Below are positions 32,251 to 36,052 of a DNA stretch of 36,052 bases, piece after piece. Numbering within the stretch: the stretch's first letter is position 1; each line of letters starts with the position of its first letter. The translations under genes and the position numbers were made by a program. Source of the stretch: Klebsormidium nitens (lineage: Eukaryota; Plantae; Klebsormidiophyceae); contig DF237705.1 in assembly GCA_000708835.1 (NCBI GenBank), forward strand, positions 1 through 36,052, in the 5' to 3' direction. Under the pieces are notes generated by a model that saw nothing but the letters and a program-made list of their open reading frames with translations, did not search any database and was not told the DNA's origin.

Positions 32251-32869
32251 GGGCAACGCGACCAGATTTCATGCCAAAGCTAATCGCTTATGCAGGAGCC
32301 ATGAAAACAGAGGCAGGGCGCCCTCTTTGGTGCTACTAGATTTGTGACGGTTGGCTAGTTCAAGCGAAGTGCTGGCATGGCTAATATACAAGATACAAGT
32401 AGCCACATGTGCGGATCCCATGGTTGCAGGCGTTCTAGGACGAAGGTGCAGCATTGTGATAAAGTTGCTAGAGCACGCACTTTTATGTATCAACTATTCG
32501 CATATTGCGGCGCCCGTCGTTGGTTTGATAGCATAACCTGTCCCTGGCAAATTTGGTAGTGTCGCGATTTGAGAGTCACGCCGTCCAATGTTTCATCTGA
32601 CGGCCAAATTTTGGCTTTGGCCGAACCGACACCGTGGCGAAAAACTCTTGAATGTCACGAACCACTTTTTCGAGCAGCCAATACAGCTATTTCAGGATAA
32701 CAAAGGCCGCATAGTTAAAAAGCTCCCCGGGACGATTTTGAACTCTGTGATGAGAAGTTGCGCATATTGCTGCCAACATCAGAAAACTCCCAGACTGTAA
32801 TGATGATGGCAATTTACCGCAGTAACATAAAATGATGCAGAGTCTTGCAAGCAAAGGCAGGCTCCCTAC

Positions 32870-33780
32870 AGCAGTTGATGACCGACAACCAAGTGTTTGT
32901 TGCGAATCGTCAAAAGTGGTCGGTCCGTGTTGCAACTTCCGGGCGCGAGATGGCCCTTATGTTTCCGGTGTGGCAGAGAACCTCTTCTTGAAGAAGAAAG
33001 AAAATTGTGTGTTCCGTGGGAGGTGTGCGACTTGTTCATGGACGGAAAAGTCATGCTTCGGACAGAGAAAAATGCAGAGAGCGTGTCAATGATTTGCCAA
33101 TTCAATGCAACGTGGGAAAACATAGAGAAACACGTGCTAGCTTGTGAGGAATGCTAAATGTCAGGTGTTGCGGCATCGGAGGTTGGGCACGCCGGCTATG
33201 ATAGTTTATTCAAGATGGTCGATGTCTCACAGTTGGTTTAAAATGTGGGGGTCAAATGCGAAGCGTTTTGGGGGAAAAAGACTTCGGAATGCGACCTTGT
33301 GCACATCACTATAAAGCAAAATCGGGAGGCTTTTTCTTATGAGTTGGACCTTTCGAATGTCAGTTCATATGGAGCCCTTTGAGCTCGTGCACATGAACGT
33401 GTGCGGTGATGTCAAAGGGGGGACAAGATACTTCGTAACTTTCCTCGACGACTATAGCAAGCCTTTGGTGGTGCAAGGGATGAAACGGAAGACCGATGTT
33501 ATGGGGGTGCAAAGGAGCCAAAGCGGGGAAGTACGTCAACAGGGGGAATGACGGCCCTCCCTGGACAGAGACGGACGGTACCGTGGACCACGGTGGGTCA
33601 CTCTTTCAAACAAACCAGTTCGGCGGAGCAGTTGAACCGGACGCGTTTGACCAGCGCTGTTTCCGGCGCGGGCTTTGCTAGAGGATGCCAGGCTTGAGCT
33701 GGTATTGTGGACGTGTGCGATTGTTGCCAAGGACTACACCCGACACTAGGTTTCCTCGAACGTGCCCGGCAAGCCTTGTG
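32870..33780 (+). mobile_element. Ty1/copia relic: post-protease, GAG-pre-integrase and integrase core
   Basis: YVSGVAENLF, HRRLGHAGYDSLFKMV, ELVHMNVCG, GGTRYFVTFLDDYSK, GKYVN (for GGEYV) and a decayed NGAAERLNRT-like segment, with many frameshifts. Confidence 0.85.
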
Positions 33781-34620
33781 TTAGAATTGGAGGTTAATTG
33801 ACGGCCAAATTGTTTGGTTCGGGGCAACTTTCAGGCTAGTGACGCACTAGAATTTTAGGATTTGTAGCCGTTGATCGTGGTTACTTTGAGTTTTTGTTGG
33901 ATGATCGAGAACACGTGTCACGAGTTCGGAATCAAGATTGATCGCCAATATCGACGATAAGATACGCGTCTCGGTTTGTCTTGGTTTGGTTTAAATCGTT
34001 TCAATCTAGATTGACCGTTGAATCGAGGATCGATGGTCTATAACGAAAGGTCCGAAATTTGAGTGTACCAAATTGAGTCACTTAGATAGAATATCGACGG
34101 ATTAAGAAATTGGTACAAATTGGTTACATTGGTAGTGTGTTGGATTCGGTAATTTGGGTCAGCCGAAATAATGAGTTGAAAGGGGTTTGAACTAGTAAGC
34201 GCCGGCGTGCGTGTACGGCGGTTCGACGTTTAAATCGTCAGGCGATTTAGAGATTAGGCGGTTGCAAAAGCTGTTAGTGTAACCCGTAGATAAGGATCTG
34301 TCGAAGGCTAGGATTGAGGGTGATTGTGAGCTAGGCTAGCGAGCCTAGTAACGTGTTTATTAGGCTACTGACCCTCGTAGGCTAGTGCGCCTAGTGGAAC
34401 GGGAAACACCCATAGGAGTTATGGTGGTGGAAACAATTGTGATACATCATTCCATAAGATGTTTTTGGAGAAAGCGAAGCTGCTTGTAAGGCTTTTCGTG
34501 TGTTTCTCTTGGGATGCATAGCTGCCATCAATGAGTGGTAGGCATGGGTGCTAGGCAATGCAATAAGACCCGATGACGAGTGCTCAACTACACTACGAGT
34601 TCCTTACATAACTTTCAAAA

Positions 34621-36052
34621 GATTGTGGGCCCACAACGCTTGGTTGTGAGGAGGGCGCAAGGTTTCAAATCTGGTCGTTTGAAGAGCGATATTACAACGC
34701 TCGCGCCAATGAGCCTGTGAGGAAAAGGAGCGGAGACTTTTACTTCCTTGTGTTCGGGGAGGAGTGCGGTTGTGATGGCGGTGGACAGAGTGTCCAGACC
34801 GCATTAGTGTGGAAGAGCTGGTCAACGCCGCGCCAAATTTTGGGGGCTTCTAGCATACACGGGATGGCTGTGTGCATTAGAGAAAGCCGGAGTCCGTGGA
34901 AGAATAAAAATGTCAAGCCCAGCAAGGAAGCTAATGCTGATCCACACGAAAGTTGCATATGTGAGGTTCAAGGCTGAACCCACTGCAGCAAAAGCGTGGA
35001 AGGAGTTGGAGGACAACTTTGAGACGAGGAGCAATGCCCGTAATTCAGCTACGGAGGGGGCCGACGGGTCTAAGGTTGACAAAGGAGAGCCATTGCAGAG
35101 TACCTAGAGGAATTTCGAAAGCTCAAGCTCGTTTTGAAGGCGGCAAAAAAAACCGTCTCAGAGAGGGAGTTGGCAGTGCACGCCTTTGGGGTTTGCTGGT
35201 GGAATATGCCACTCTTGTGGATGTCTTGGAGCTTGGGGACGAAGAGCTAAACCTAGATGAGATCTAGTCGAAGCTAATGCAGAGAGAGAAGAAGCTAAAA
35301 TCTAGGGCCGAGGCGAGGTCCTTTCATGGATATCGGATGCAGATGGAGTGGTGGCGTATGCTGCCAAGCATCGGGGCTAATCGAGCTTGGAGAAGGGCCG
35401 GGGAAGCTCAAACGAGCTGGGAAGAAGCTCGGCGATGAGAGGCGGAAGCTCGAAGCCGTGCTATTGTGTAGCAAGGTGGGCCACATCAAGGCAAAGTGCA
35501 CGTTGCTCGATACTGAGTGCGACAAGAGGGGACATCCAGAGGCGGTTTCTGGGCACAGAGCGTGCGAAAGTGGCTGCGCAAAGGATAGAAACTTTACGAA
35601 GGAGGCAGACGAAGTAGACTTTACGGAGTGAGGCAAAAACGGGGATGTGCCAAAAGCAGTGTGAATTGTCGCTCGGACATCACCCACCATGTCACGGCCA
35701 ATTGAAGGCATGTCACGAGCTACAGAGAGCTACGGCATGACTAAGTGATTTTGGGGATCTGTGGTGAGTCTCTAATTGCGGTGGAAATTGAGAAGTGGAG
35801 CTCTGAGTGTAAGATCCCGAGCGATGTGAGTATGGCAACCTTGAGGGAGGTTTGGCAAGCTTCAAATGCACAGGCGAGGTTGATCGCTCTTACAAAACCG
35901 ACTGACGCGGAAGCACGAGTGGTGCTCGACGGAGGAACCGCGCAAATCGAAACGAACGGAGTGATACATTTGGAGTGTGTTGAAACACAACGTTGTTGGA
36001 AGTGATATTCAATCAATCAAGTTCACACAATGTATATGGAGTGTTCCGAGTC
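34621..36052 (+). mobile_element. Ty1/copia relic running off the window end: PBS-like site, gag with CCHC knuckles, protease region
   Basis: PBS-like GATTGTGGGCCCAC at 34621, gag KAWKELEDNFETRSNAR, knuckle remnant CSKVGHIKAKC near 35470-35500, and a post-protease segment ESLIAVEIEKWSSECKIPSDVSMATLREVWQASNAQARLIALTKPTDAEARVVLDG. The presumed 5' LTR lies upstream of 34620 but its boundary was not resolved. Confidence 0.8.

Overview
Eukaryotic, intron-rich, GC3-rich genomic DNA. The gene content and intron style suggest a green alga or early streptophyte such as a Klebsormidium-like species (inference). I reconstructed five spliced genes with phase-consistent GT-AG exons: an ARM-repeat protein (+, 1027-4047), a CMS1/CMSS1 90S pre-ribosome factor (-, 7429-5361), an STN7/STN8-family thylakoid kinase with a long C-terminal extension and an apparent 1-nt frameshift (+, 8601-14141), an IST1-like ESCRT-III regulator (-, 24474-20058) and a FAD4-type desaturase (+, 27099-30115). 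Three different MITEs lie between the IST1-like and FAD4 genes, and 31-36 kb holds decayed Ty1/copia fragments. The most unusual element is in the gene-free 15.3-18.8 kb interval. It is four copies, in alternating orientation, of a unit made of fixed-spaced promoter-like motifs (G-box, CCGTCCGAT, GCCCACA, TATA-like box), a conserved ~80-nt GC-rich multi-hairpin core, and a non-conserved G-poor tail ending at a T-run. This looks like a cluster of an unrecognised small structured-RNA gene family with snRNA-type external promoters. That is a hypothesis; decayed long TIRs are the main alternative.
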